Source of the DNA: Azolla caroliniana
Lineage: Eukaryota; Plantae; Polypodiophyta
Reading direction: 5' to 3'
Length of the DNA stretch: 64,000 nt
Assembly (NCBI GenBank): GCA_043228905.1
Contig: JBHGNT010000010.1
Span: forward strand, 20,770,001-20,834,000
Part shown: one piece after another, positions 25,741 through 38,800 of the stretch
Layout of the letters: each line of letters starts with the position of its first letter
Position numbering within the stretch: position 1 is the stretch's first letter
Notes under the pieces: model-generated
Databases searched by the model: none
What the model was told of the DNA's origin: nothing
The model's input: only the letters and a program-made list of their open reading frames with translations
Position numbers and translations under genes: made by a program

Positions 25741-26210
25741 ATAGGTGGCTAATTGATTGATTGATAAGAAGCTCCCCCCACTCCACACAAACACATTTAC
25801 TCAGAAAAAAAGTCTACCATACATATTAGAACAATGAAAGAAAGACATTAAATTGTTTTTTTTTTGTAATAAATGATCCAACGAATCAATTTTGTTTTTA
25901 AAGTTTTTAATCTCCCAACTCTCCCTTCCTTAATTTAATTAAGTCTGATTTAATATCTCTAATCTCCCCTCCTCTGTTTTCAGTTGAATAAAAATTACTC
26001 TGTTTCTTATTCTTCTATACTTAGTCATCAGAAAAGACTCTGTTTCTTCTTCTTCTTCGTCTCGACTCTCAACTTAGGGCATAAAAATCACTCTGTTTTT
26101 GTTTACCTGTCATCAAAATACTTGGGTTCTTCTTCTACCCCTCTATTTTTGTGTCTTTCTCGCTGGATTTCAATGGCAGAAATACTTTCACTCACCTTCA
26201 CAATAACCCC

Positions 26211-27793
26211 ATGGATCCTCCCTCCTCAACCCCCTCATCTTTGATACTCAATATTGAAAACAAACCTTCTATTAATTCGAATCATCACCCCTCTTCTTCT
26301 TCTTCTTCTTCTCCCTTTCATCCAAGTGAAGATAATATTTACCTTCATGGAGGTGCTCCTCACAGACTCATGAATGATGAATTTGCTGGTTTTTTCCATC
26401 ATGAGCATCATCGTAATGATGGTAATAATGTTCATATTAATCATGTAGGCGACGAAGCAACGGCATGTATCAATGTATGCCTCTCTCAATACCCTCATGG
26501 AAGGCCGTTGCCAATGGTGATACAAGCAGATAGAGATATGTTAGCCACTTGTATGATGGCAACTCATGAGAAGCAACTTAAGCATGAAGGTGAAGTTCAA
26601 CACCACCATGTAAATCATAGTAGCAAAGATGGGCATGAACATGGAGAAGCTAATGAAGAAGAAGAAGAAGAAGAAGAAGATTTTGATGAAGATGGTGGTG
26701 ATGGTGATGGTGATGATGTTAATAATGATGAAGAGGATGAGGAAGAGTATGAAATAACTCACATGAGAACACCACCATGGCCTAGTGAAACTACATTAAC
26801 GAGTACAAGCATGAAAGCAGCAAATAATGCAACTGCTTTACCATATACTACTGTTAGCATGATGATGTGCTCTAGCAGTAATGGGGATCAAGGGTCAAGC
26901 CCCATAGCTTGTTTGGATTGTGGGAACCAGGCTAAGAAGGATTGTATCCACATGAGGTGCAGGACATGTTGTAAGAGCAAAGGGTTGGAATGCCCAACAC
27001 ACATAAAAAGCACATGGGTCCCTGCCCATAAGAGAAAGCATAGGCACTCTAATGGCCAGCAGCACACCATGGTATCAGTGCCCAAGAAGGAGTTTATAGG
27101 TTTTCATGTTGAAGATCAACGTGGTGGTTTCCACAATACCACTCTAATGACAACAACAACAACAAATTCTCCTCCTACCACTAATCATGAACAGTTCCAT
27201 GGGGAAGGTTCTGATGAGCCTACTGTTTGTACCCATTCTCATGCCTCTGCATCAAACGGCACACCACCACATCAAGCTTCTCATAAACCCACTTGGCTTC
27301 ATCAAGGTATACAACCTACCTTATGGGTGCATATATTGCATTAGGTATGTGGGTGTGGATTGATATATTGTACTAGTTATGTACATACACATGCATGTAT
27401 GTGGAGATGGGTGGATGTACTGTATGCATGTAAGCACTTATGTATTTATGTATGTGGGTGTGGATGGATATATTGTATTAGGTATGCACATATACATGCA
27501 TCTATGTGGAGATGGATGGATGTACTGTATGTATGCATTGTATTAGGGTTTAGGGTTCAGAACTTTTTGATTCAACGTGAGAGAGAGAGAGAGAGAGTTA
27601 GAGTTTTTGAGATTTTACAATTTTCATCGGAGGTCTAAACATGGAGAATGTGATAAAAATGAACTAATTAAAATGTAGTGCCTATGTGTAAGCAACACAT
27701 GATATTTGAGAAATTTTACTAATGAGCATTGCAATAGAGAGTGCACATTATCACTACAAGAAAAATGTAAGGGTCGAGGCTTGAGAAAGGCAT

Positions 27794-27829
<36 letters not shown>

Positions 27830-28189
27830 CCTCGCGACTTATTGACTAACTTATATGAATGTTGTGCAGAGGAGTATAGGCATAAAAGGAACCTACCAGG
27901 TGAAACAAGGGAGCATGCTACATTCAAATGCATTAGGGTCACGGGGATGAACGATGGCATGGAAGAGTATGCATATCAGACAGTAGTAACCATTGGTGGT
28001 CATGTCTACAAGGGGGTCTTATATGACCAAGGTGTGGATAAGGTTGAAGCTCAAGGTGTGGGTATAGCTGAGCTTAGACTAGGTGCAAGAAATAATGGCG
28101 AAATATCAAGCATCGACCTTGCTAGCCATCTCCACGGAACCCCCGAAAGTGTGTTCATGGGGACCAGGGTAACCGTTTCTCCGAAGTAG
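26211..28189 (+). CDS. SRS: SHI/STY (SHI-RELATED SEQUENCE) transcription factor, 2 exons
   Basis: Exons 26211-27306 (CAAG|gtatac) and 27870-28189 (tgcag|AG). RING-like zinc finger [44 protein letters not shown]-terminal IGGH domain [37 protein letters not shown]. The start codon is uncertain (26211 or 26370). Confidence 0.95.
27345..27550 (+). repeat. ~105-bp tandem duplication in the SRS intron; (GA)n tracts nearby at about 27579-27597 and 27797-27824
   Basis: gtatgtgggtgtggat.gatatattgta.tag.tatg.acata.acatgcat.tatgtggagatgg.tggatgtactgtatg occurs twice. Confidence 0.8.
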
Positions 28190-29456
28190 CTATCACAAGG
28201 TTGGTTCCTCGTTCCCATTGTGTCCAATCTCAATAGCATCATTATTTATCATCACTATCTTCATCATTCATTCAAATACGAGCATTGGTTTAAGAGACCC
28301 AAATGTCTTGGGAAGTTTTTGCGCAAGGCTATTTAAAAGTTGTAAAACAATGGAGAAATGGAGAATCTTGTTGTTTTTTGCCTTTTTTGTTTACCCATCA
28401 TGTCTCTTTTTCTTATCTAGGTTTGCAAATGTTAGAGTTGTCACATTGTGCCTTGGATGTAAAAATGTAATGTGTTAAGGGCATTTTGTTCTCCAGGCTG
28501 TATGGTAGTAATGCATATATATATAATGTGCCCTTAATGAATAGTTAGTTCTCTTAGATGTCAAGTATTTGACTTCTCCATCTGCCATGGTTACAATTGC
28601 TTGTTTTAAATAAAGCTTACAATTGTCAATCCTTTTGGTTTCATAGTTTGAAATCTAATGGTTATTTTGTTGCACATGAGGTAGAACTATTTTGCTTTCT
28701 CACTTGTAAGAGATTTTTGTCAATCTTAATCAACTGGTAGAATTGTGTTAAACAAGACTAATTGTGAGTTACCATTAGTACATTCCAAGATAGTTGTTGC
28801 ACAATTAATTGTCAATATGTGGATTTGGAATTACTAAGTGAAGCAAGGGAATATCCAGCTATTTCCGTGAAGACTATTACAACGTAAAGGTATTGGTGAC
28901 TACATTTTCAATCAAGTTGAGAACAGTCTCTAAATTCTGCCACATTGAGCAAAGTAAAGTAAAAATTTCCACTCCCTTTAACTTTCCTTGTATGAGCATT
29001 TTTCTATGAAGAACAGAGTAATTAAAAATTAACCCAAAATTTAATTCTTCATTTCAATCCTTCTAGACATAGTTTCCAGCTTCCATCGGCATTCTTCTTC
29101 TGTTTTGTTTTGTCAGGGTAACATTTCTAAGTGCTCAAGAAACTTTTAAATGAATTATGTGTAACTAATTGTGTTTTATTTTAATCTGCACTTGTAAGTT
29201 TGGTTCTCATGTGCATTTAAAACTTTTACATACATTATACATACATACATGTTTGGCTCATTTATGTGTGTTTCAATGTGCATGAATATTGAATTATGTT
29301 TTGTTTTAATGCCCACTTGTTGTTTGGTTTGCATGTGGGCTGAGGAACTTTACATGCGTATGTACACACATACATTTATGTAGGCGAGAAAAGAAGGGCT
29401 TTATATTTATGACAAACCAAGAAGGTCATGGAACTTTAGGACTAGGGAAATATATT

Positions 29457-29636
29457 CATGGTATTTCAGTAATTTGTTGGAAATGATCTGCACAAACCAT
29501 CATGAGAGCGGTCAAACCAAACCATTGTGCACAAATTTGGTTTGATCGCTCTCATGATGGTATTTCAGTAATTTGTTGGAACTTTATGACTTCTTTTGTG
29601 CACAATGGTTTGGTTTGATCGCTCTCATGATAGTTT
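29457..29636. repeat. Mosaic inverted/direct repeat forming a hairpin
   Basis: Arm 29497-29521 pairs with 29536-29560 (24/25). 29597-29635 is a second inverted copy of 29495-29533. atggtatttcagtaatttgttggaa is repeated at 29458 and 29557. Confidence 0.85.
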
Positions 29637-30169
29637 CGGTCTTGGATCACAATTCTTCAGGCCAACGAAGGTTGCTGAAACTAGTGACACCCAACAGAAG
29701 GGCTCTAGATCCTTAGGATCTAAAGATGCAGGTTCAAATTTCATTGCTTCCGAAAATTTAGTGTAGAAACTTCCTTTATGACAATTTTCTATTTTTTATA
29801 GCTTGATTTTAAGTCAATCACTCATGTCTTTTCTCGTGTAGAGAGTCTTGGTGAGTGCTTCTTTCGTATTATGTCTTTGCGGGTTGTGAGAGGCCCTCTC
29901 GACATACATAAATGAATGTCTCTACAATCCCCATGAGAGAGCAAATGTTTTCACTCATGAAATGCTGTCCAAAAACTTCTTATATGTTGAGCCTAATGGA
30001 AGGACTGCCTCATTGATGATTTGTTGTCACCCTTTTGTTGCTTGTTTCTTCAAGTGTAGTGTGCTTGTGGATTAAAACATAGGATATTTCTTTATAAATC
30101 AATTTGGTATAAAGTCAATTTTAAAGTAGTTTAAAGGGATTGCAAGGAGGAAAGAAGGTAAAAATCCTG

Positions 30170-33100
30170 TTTATTACAATAAGTTTTTACCATTTGAATC
30201 AAAATTGCACCATATTACTTATGATTATGATTTTGAGCTTGTTTACATAGAAAAAAAGAGGTTAAGATAAGAAAGAGTTTGGGAGAATATCCTTGATTCG
30301 ATGTCAACGTGGTGAAAGAATCCAACTACAAGCTCTCTTGGTCATTTTATAGCTTTCTTGCTGGATAAAAATGGAGACCTCTCTTCGTAACACATACCAT
30401 TGGCTTTTCTTTTGAGTATGCACTTGTCCTTCTTCTTTTGAGGAAATGATCCCCACATGCTCTAACATCCAAAAATTCCACATGAGAATACCTTTAAGCT
30501 TCTTTATATAGGCTTTCACTCCATGTCTATTATAAAACATGAAAGCATTACGCATATTCCAATTGTGTTATAGACCCCAATAACGTAAAAATTGGAACAA
30601 TATCTCCATCTTATCATTTGAACCATTTTGAACATATTGAGAAAAAACCCATTGTTGAGGTCTTAGACAACAACAAGTTAAAACTTGCCAAATGTTTGAT
30701 AAGTACTTCCAAACGGTACACACTATAGGACATTTAATGAACCTATGTGTACTATCCTCCAATGGAATGGTCCAAAAGAAGCAAGTGTCGGACCCTAGTC
30801 TTCGTCTTTTTAAGGTCGAACTTAATGGGAGCCCACCAATCATGACTCTCTATATGAATACCTTTGCACAAAATGGTAGATGGGAATGCCAACTACGTTG
30901 TAATATTTTCCACCACCTTGCATTTGACTTATACACATACATTCAACAACTTCACTGCTTTGGGAGATAGCAAAGACAATGATGCCATCACATGATGATA
31001 CAATATATTTGTAGTGACCTGTAACAAGCGTGTACCATCTTGTAACCGCCAATCCACCCAAGGTGCAAAATTTGTTTTCAATGGCAAAGATCCTTGCAAC
31101 AATGGTATATCTTGTAATTTCTCCCAAATAAATCCATAATTTGGGGGAATACATAACCATCGTGTGGCACCTTCAAAATACGACAACCTTTGAGATTCAT
31201 TATCCATAACATCTTCCAAATGTACAATCTCCAATCGAAATAGACGATTGAATTGAGATCTCAACTTCTCTTTCCCATGCCAAAACAACACTCAAGAAGA
31301 AACAAGCAATTAATTTTGTAATGAATTACAATATTCTCGGTCACTTGATGGTCCCCATTCAAAAAGAGATAATGCATCTTGCCACGATCTTACCAAATGT
31401 TGTCCACATACAAAATGTCGAATCTTTAGAGGAATACTTCCATTGAGTAATGACCACCATGATGCTTGAATCTTTGTTTTCCCGCGCACCAATCCTTCAT
31501 GTTCAATAAAATATTGCATCATAGATATCCATGGTTGATCCTGTTGACATATATATCGTAATAATGCAAAACTACAAGCTATCAAATGTCTTTCCAAATC
31601 CAATATTGATGCACCACCTAACCTTTTAGGAGTAGCCAAATGGTCCCATGAAATCCATGTAGCTCCCATCATTTCTCCCTTCCTCCAAAACATGAACCCA
31701 ATAGGTTGTAAAATGTTTTGTAATGCCTTCTTAGTCCAAGGTAGTAAAGGCAAAAAATATAATAACATGGGTATCAAGATACATTGCACCACTTTGAGTC
31801 GTACATGAAAGGGCCATAATTGAGACTTCCAATACATAAATTTGTCCTTCAATTGACTACCAATCCAATCAATCAATTGAACATTTGTAACATCAACACC
31901 CAATGGATAACCCAAATGTCGATAAATTGATCCTCGTGACCCTCGCCATCCTAAATCCCAAACATTCCAAATCACTTTCTGTACAAGAAATAAGGTGACA
32001 CTTCCTCCAACCCTGAAGCCAAAGCAAATTGATCCCAAACTCGCATACTTCTTTCAAGATTTTCTTTTGGGGCTTGTAAAAACATAAAAGAATCATCAGC
32101 CAATGCTTGTGCCACCAATTGTCCACTAGAAGGAAGATGCAAACCCACAATATCACCATTAGAATTTAGCCTCAAGATTTGACAACATTACTAACAAAGG
32201 ATGTGTAACAATAGCAAATAACAATGGGCTTAATGGATATCCTTGCCGCACGGATCTAGTAAGAAACACTTTCGGAATAACTCCGCCATTAAGCATCACA
32301 CGTGAGGTCGCATTTTGCCCTAACAAAAAGATAAGTCAACACATACGAGGACCAAACCCCATATTGTACATCACACATAAGAGGAAAGACCAATTAACAT
32401 GATCATATGATTTTTTCAAATCTAATTGCACCATAATCATTTCTTGATGTGTATGTCGAGCATAATCGGTAGCCATTTGAACATTCAAAACATTATGCAA
32501 TATATTTCTACTTGTAATAAAACCATATTGAGATGGATGAATAAGTTGAGGTAAGAACTTCTTAAATCTGTTGGATAATATATTTGCAAACACTTTGTAT
32601 AAGCTCCCATCAATGAAATAGGCCTCCATTGATGAAATGACTCCGAAGATGGTACCTTTGGGATCAATTTGATTAAGCCCACCTTCCAGCTCTCAGGTAC
32701 ATGAAACCAGAATCCCAACATTGTTGAAACATTTGTGTGAATGGACTCTTAAGCATGCCAACATACTTCTTAAAAACTTCATTCGTAACACCATCCCAAC
32801 CAGGGCTTTTACAATTTGGAAGGTGTAACAATACCTTTCCCACCTCAACTTCTTCAAAATCATCATCCAATTCTTGATAAATATTTGTATTCATGACACT
32901 CCCAATTACATTATAAAACTCTTGTCCTGCTTTCAACGCATCCTCATTAATAATCAACTCTGGCCCAATCAAATTCTTAAAATGAGTAATCCATAACTCA
33001 ATAACCTTGATTGGGTCTACAACAATGTCATCCCCTATCTTAATTTGTACCACATTTGAACGAGCACATGATGGTCTTAATCCTTGAAAAAACATATGAG

Positions 33101-34600
33101 ATTGTGATTGATTATCTATAAATCCCTCCTTTAATTGACGTAATCTTGTCTGTTGATAACTTTGACAAGACAAATTCTTCACAATGTCTTGTACAGGACT
33201 TGAACATCCAAAAGCTCTTCATCATACGAATTATTCATCAATAGTACATTGCATCACGTAAGAATATATGAAAACTTATCAATCAATTTCTTACGTCTTT
33301 TAGCATTAACCATACCATATAGACGGTGAATATCATTGATGTTTTGTAGTGTTGTATCCCATGCATGCCATCCTTTTGAAATAACTTGGTCTGAAAACAT
33401 GCTAAAAATTTGTTGCATATAGGCATCAAATAAGGAATGTAATAATAAAGAAGAATTAAACCTCAAAGGAACTCGATCAAGCAATGTTTTGTACATATCT
33501 ACCCCATGTTTATTGAACTCAAAACATATGGGAAAATGATCGGATGTCACAACCTCTTGCATAATTGGCATATTAAGCATCTCTAGCAAAAAGGACTCAT
33601 CATGCATAACATACATTCTATCTAACCTACTCCATGTTTCCTTATATTGCATAGATTGAAATGTAAACCCAACCTCATCTTGATGCAACTATTTCCATAC
33701 ATCCAACTTCAAAACCTCTGATGCCAATCTATCCCAAACTGCTTGCTTAGAAGAATCCATCAATGAGAATTGTGAAGTAGATTGTGAAGCATCAACACAT
33801 ATTAAAATCACCCATTCACAAACCAACACGGCCCACTCATAATTGTGGATACATTGAAGACCATAACTCAATGTGTTGATTAGCATTATTGGGTGCATAG
33901 ATTCCTACCAAACATATCAAATCCTCCAAATACTTGACTTCCATTACCAAAAAACGTCCATATGGATCATTATAGACTATATGTAGACAAAAGAAATCAC
34001 AAATAATTATGACAACCCCTAAGTAATGATGTGATCATTGTCCTGTATAATATGCAGAATATCCATGCAAATGTAACATAGATCCTGCTAAATCATGACA
34101 CTTATGTTCAATTGCACATAAAACATCCCATTCTTTATCAAATAAAGTTTTCCATAATATATATTTCTTATGAGGAGAAGATGGCCCTCGCACATTCCAT
34201 GATACCACTTTCATTTAACACCTTTAGTAAGAACTTGCTCTTTATGAGCAAGTGTATTCATGAATGTACTAACTACTTGTTCAAGAGTTGCATAAGGATC
34301 CATGTGTACTACATCCCCTCCAACAATATTAGGGTTTTGTTGTCTAGCTCCAAGAGAACGGTGTCCTTGATTTAATTGAGGTCGTACCACCCTTCCTGAA
34401 GAATCGAATTTTAAATTAAATGCACTTGTCCTTCTCTTTGCATGATGTCTAAACTTTGGCAAAATATATATTGTCCATTGAGATTTACTACACGTTTCCA
34501 TGTCATCACTTTGCATTGTAATTGTTTCTTCTTCCAATTGTTGTTACTAGGTTTCGCATCATCAAACCCTTCCATTGGCAATGATTGTTTTGTTATTATC
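30170..34600 (-). mobile_element. Near-full-length decayed L1-type LINE (APE endonuclease, RT, zf-RVT)
   Basis: EN: CLVGIYAP, GFTFQS..WSRLDRMY and TSDHFPI. RT: KSPGWDG, WRPISL, IHPSQYGFI.SRNI, LDLKKSYDHVNWSFL, VRQGYPLSPLLF, LADDS and YRHLGYPLG. Downstream: PKRLGG and zf-RVT EDSTHRFIKCP. Many stops and frameshifts. The ends are approximate. Confidence 0.9.
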
Positions 34601-35361
34601 TTAATTTTCTTCTATGATCACTTTAATTGAGCTAGTGTAAAACTTGACATTTTTGTGTTTTCCTCCTTGCGCATACGCCACATCATTGCCATGGAAGGGC
34701 ACGTGAGAGGTTTACGACGACCAAGGTGCTAAATACCAAATTATGGGGGCACGTTGAATGATTAAGAAGACCAAGGTGCCAAAGCCATAGATCGTAGACT
34801 CGATGTGCCAAATCAAGGATATCCCATAACTTTTTTCGTTCTTGATTATACTCATTTGTATTTGGGTTGTTTATTATAATATCTCATTGAAACTAGGTCT
34901 ACTTGTAATTAGTACAACTACTTTTGTTGACCAATTTCCATACTATGAATTGTATGTTTTTTTAACAATGTCATGTTAACACAAGTGCAATCCTCCTTCA
35001 ATTCATGTTTTTTGGGCGTCTTCTGGAAACAATTCAAAGAATTTGCTTTTGAATTGTTTCCATGAGAGTAAAACGCACCAAAAAACTAGAAATGGATTCA
35101 TAAATGGCGTATATGCACAAAACTAAACGATTGTAATTGTGGAGAATATTTCTCCATTAAGGCCCAAGGGGAAGTGGGATGTGTTGGTTTTTGTTATTCG
35201 ATGTACAAAGAGGCAATGTGTGGATAGAATTGTTGTTAAAGGACTTTAACAACAACAAGATTTGCTACTTGCTTGCTTAAAAATCTCATAGAGCCAACTT
35301 CATCAAGTTCACGTGCTTCAACAAAAAGAATTGCCAAGGTATCACGTTTATTTGTCAATAG

Positions 35362-35832
35362 TGTTAAGAGTCTATTACTAATCAATAGACCAAATCAAGT
35401 AAAAAGGAAGAAAATAGATTGGATAGAAGAACCTGTTCCACCCGACCACCCCCGAGCTATGATCTAGACATAGCCAACCTACCACCGACGTCCCATACCG
35501 CCGGATATTAGGATGACTAATACCTTGGAAGAGATAAACACGATCGTCGAGACGAAAGCCTAGCCCGCACCACCGGTGTCTACGACAGCAGCCTTCCGAC
35601 GTGATTCCTATGAGGGTAGCTAAGCCTCATATTTATACCTTTTCCTAGGCCCCTTGAATAGATGTGCCTTTCTAAAAGGCTCTCTATTCATTGGTTGTCT
35701 AAATCATGATAGTGCATGCACATATCATTCATTCTATCCAATCATTAGTCCCCTTTTTAATAATAGTGAACATACCCTTCACTAATGTAAATATTAGTGA
35801 CCTACCCTCACCAACGTTATGTGTACATAACA
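35362..35832 (-). repeat. 3' LTR of the chromovirus
   Basis: Adjacent to the polypurine tract (minus-strand GAAGTAGGGGAGTA, 35833-35846). 470/471 identical to the other LTR by eye. Confidence 0.97.
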
Positions 35833-35839
35833 TACTCCC

Positions 35840-38800
35840 CTACTTCAAAAGATTGCACTCTTGCAATATAAAGTGAGGAAATTGTGCCTTAAGCGAATGC
35901 TCGCGTTCCCATGTGGCATCATCAATAGGTTTATCCATCCATTTGATCTTGAATAGCCGAATCTCTTTAGAACGTAAACGTTTAGTACGAGAATCAAGAA
36001 TTCGTTCAGGAACATGAGGTTTGTAAGAAAAATGCTCTAATGTTACAAGATCTTGGATTGTGATGGTGTTATCACCAGAGCCTAAAAATGGTTTTAGACG
36101 ACTGACGTGAAAAACAGGATGAATACCAACGTTACGAGGTAAGGCAAGGTGATAAGCAGATGACCCAACTCGCTTAAGGATTTCAAATGGGCCACAATAT
36201 CGTGGGGCTAACTTAGCGCACTTGCCCGTAGATAATGACGTAGAATCAGTCGGGACACGCAAAAAAACTTTTTGACCAATAGTAAATGCACGAGGACGTC
36301 TATCCTGATCAGCAAAAAATCGAGCACGATCTTGAGCTGTCTTGACATTTTCTTTGGCAATATGCAACATTTGGTTCATGTCTTGCAAAAAATTGCGTGT
36401 ACTGTCTAATGTATCACGATGAATCGTGACATTAACTGGGGCACGTGGCTGAAAACCATACATCAACATAAAAGGACTATATCCAGTGGATGTATGTTTA
36501 GAGCTATTATAGGCAAATTCTAAGATAGGAAGGTATTGCTCCCACTTAGAAGGGGTTTTTGCTACATAAGCTCGAAGCATGTCCTCAATAATTTGATTAA
36601 CTCGTTCAGTTTGTCCATCAGACTGAGGATGATCTGCGGAACTCATGCTCAACGTAGTTTCTAGTTTCTTAAAGACCTGAGTCCAAAAGTCACTAGTAAA
36701 CTTGGAATCTCGATCACTAACAATATCCATCGGTAATCCATAAAAACGAAATAACTCATCAACAAATTGATAAGCCAACTGTTGAGCGGTTACCGTGGTT
36801 TTTGTAGGAATAAATCTAGCTAATTTTGTTAGCCTGTCAACGACAACCCATATGGCATCATGACCCCTCTGTGTACGAGGTAAACTAACAATAAAATCCA
36901 TCGAGATACTTTCCCATTTATTGTTGGGAATATCTAAGGGATGTAAAAGACCAGCAGCTTTAAGTCGTTCCGACTTATTAATCTGACATTGTAAGCATTG
37001 AGTTACGTATTTATGCACGTCAGAGCGCATCTTAGGCCAGAAAAAAGTACACGAGATGAGAACGAGTGTGCGTTGTATTCCAGGATGACCAGCAGATGGT
37101 GCATCATGACATTCATGAAAAATTTTCTGTTTAACATTTGGTAAATCTGGAACATAGACCTTTCCACTACGGTAGAGCAAACCGTTTGTAATGTGAAAGG
37201 TCGCCTTCGAGGGTAGGGTGCTAGTATCGGCATCTAAACCAGATTCGGCTTTCGTCTAGTATTTTGAGAAATAATTGTCATCAAGGTATTTCCCTCGAAG
37301 GTGATCTAAAAGATCAGATTTTATTTCCGTGAAGCTAAGCATGTTAACTTCTTTAATGCGACTAAGAGCATCAGCAACGGTGTTCATAGAACCCTTGCAA
37401 TATCGTATGGAAAAATCAAAATCTTGCATAAGGTCAGCCCAACGGCCTTTACGACCAACAAGATCGGGCTGGTCACAAAAATACTTTAATGATTGATGGT
37501 CTGTTGTAACCACAAATTTATTTCCATAGAGATAGTGCCTCCATGTTTTAAGTGCGTGTATCACCGCAAACAACTCTTTCTCTTGAACCGAATAACGAGA
37601 TTGAGCAGCATCAAGCTTCTTACTTTCAAAAGCGATAGGGTGACCACCTTGATAAAGAACGGCACCAATAGCATAATCACTAGCATCGGTTTCAATTGAG
37701 AAAGGCTTAGAAGGGTCTGGTAATAGAAGAGTGGGAGCCTGACACACATGCTCCTTGAGTGTCTCAAATGATTTGTCAAGTTGTTCATTCCATGAAATTG
37801 GTTTGACAGACTTACGTGGATGACCTTTTAAAAGGTCAGTTAATGGCGTAGTCAATTTGGAATAGTTACGAATTGATTTTCGTAAAAATCCAACAAACCC
37901 TAAGAATGATCTAAGTTCACGAATATTACGAGGAATGGGCCAAAGTTTAACCTTTTCAATACGAGAAGGTTCAATTTCAACGCCATTTTTTGTAATTAAA
38001 TGACCTAGGTACACAATAGATTTTTGGAAGAAGTCACATTTTGAATGTTTTGCATAGAAAGAGTTGTCACGCAACTTTCGCAAAACAAATCGAACATGTT
38101 GAACATGATCTTGCAAGGTACGGCTATATATCAAAATATCATCCAAGAAGACGACAACAAAATCACCGAGTTGATCTCGGAAAACATCATTCATCGCTTG
38201 TTGGAATGTGGCTGGAGCATTAGTCAACCCAAACGGCATGACTAAAAACTCATAATGGCCATAGCGCGTACGAAAAGCGGTTTTAGGAATATCATCCTCG
38301 GCGATGCGAATCTGATGATAACTAGTTCGTAAGTCAATTTTCGTAAAATATCGAGCCCCGTGCAAACGATCAATCAAATCATCGGCACGAGGTAATGGAT
38401 ATGCATTCTTAATTGTCATTTTATTCAAACGGCGATAATTGATACACATTCGCCATGAACCTTCCTTCTTCTTGACTAATAGAACTGGCGCACCCCAAGG
38501 TGATTTACTATACCTAATGTGGCCCATACTCAAGTATTCCTTAAGTTGTTTAGCGATCTCATCCTCTTCTAATCGACTAAGTCGGTAAGGTGGAATGCTC
38601 ACAGGAGCAGCCCCAGGGATGAGTTCAATTTGATGGTCCACATTACGTTTAGGTGGTAAAGTAAGCGGTAATTCAGTAGGAAACACATCTTGAAAATCCT
38701 CTAAAATAGAGTCGAGTAATCGTTGCTCAAAATGTGGTAATTGTGTGGCGTCAATATTAAAATAATAAAATTGAACCGCAGGATCAATTACACACGAATA

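Noticed and set aside
27543-27557. Telomere-type TTAGGGTTTAGGGTT in the SRS intron
   Set aside because: Only two units are present, consistent with a common telo-box or chance. It is not an interstitial telomere array.
29536-29556. tttggtttga... start resembling miR159/319
   Set aside because: Similarity stops after about 10 nt, and the long miR159/319 precursor structure is not present.
35273-35467. ORFs at 35273 and 41913 sharing an identical C-terminus
   Set aside because: Both simply read into the two LTR copies.
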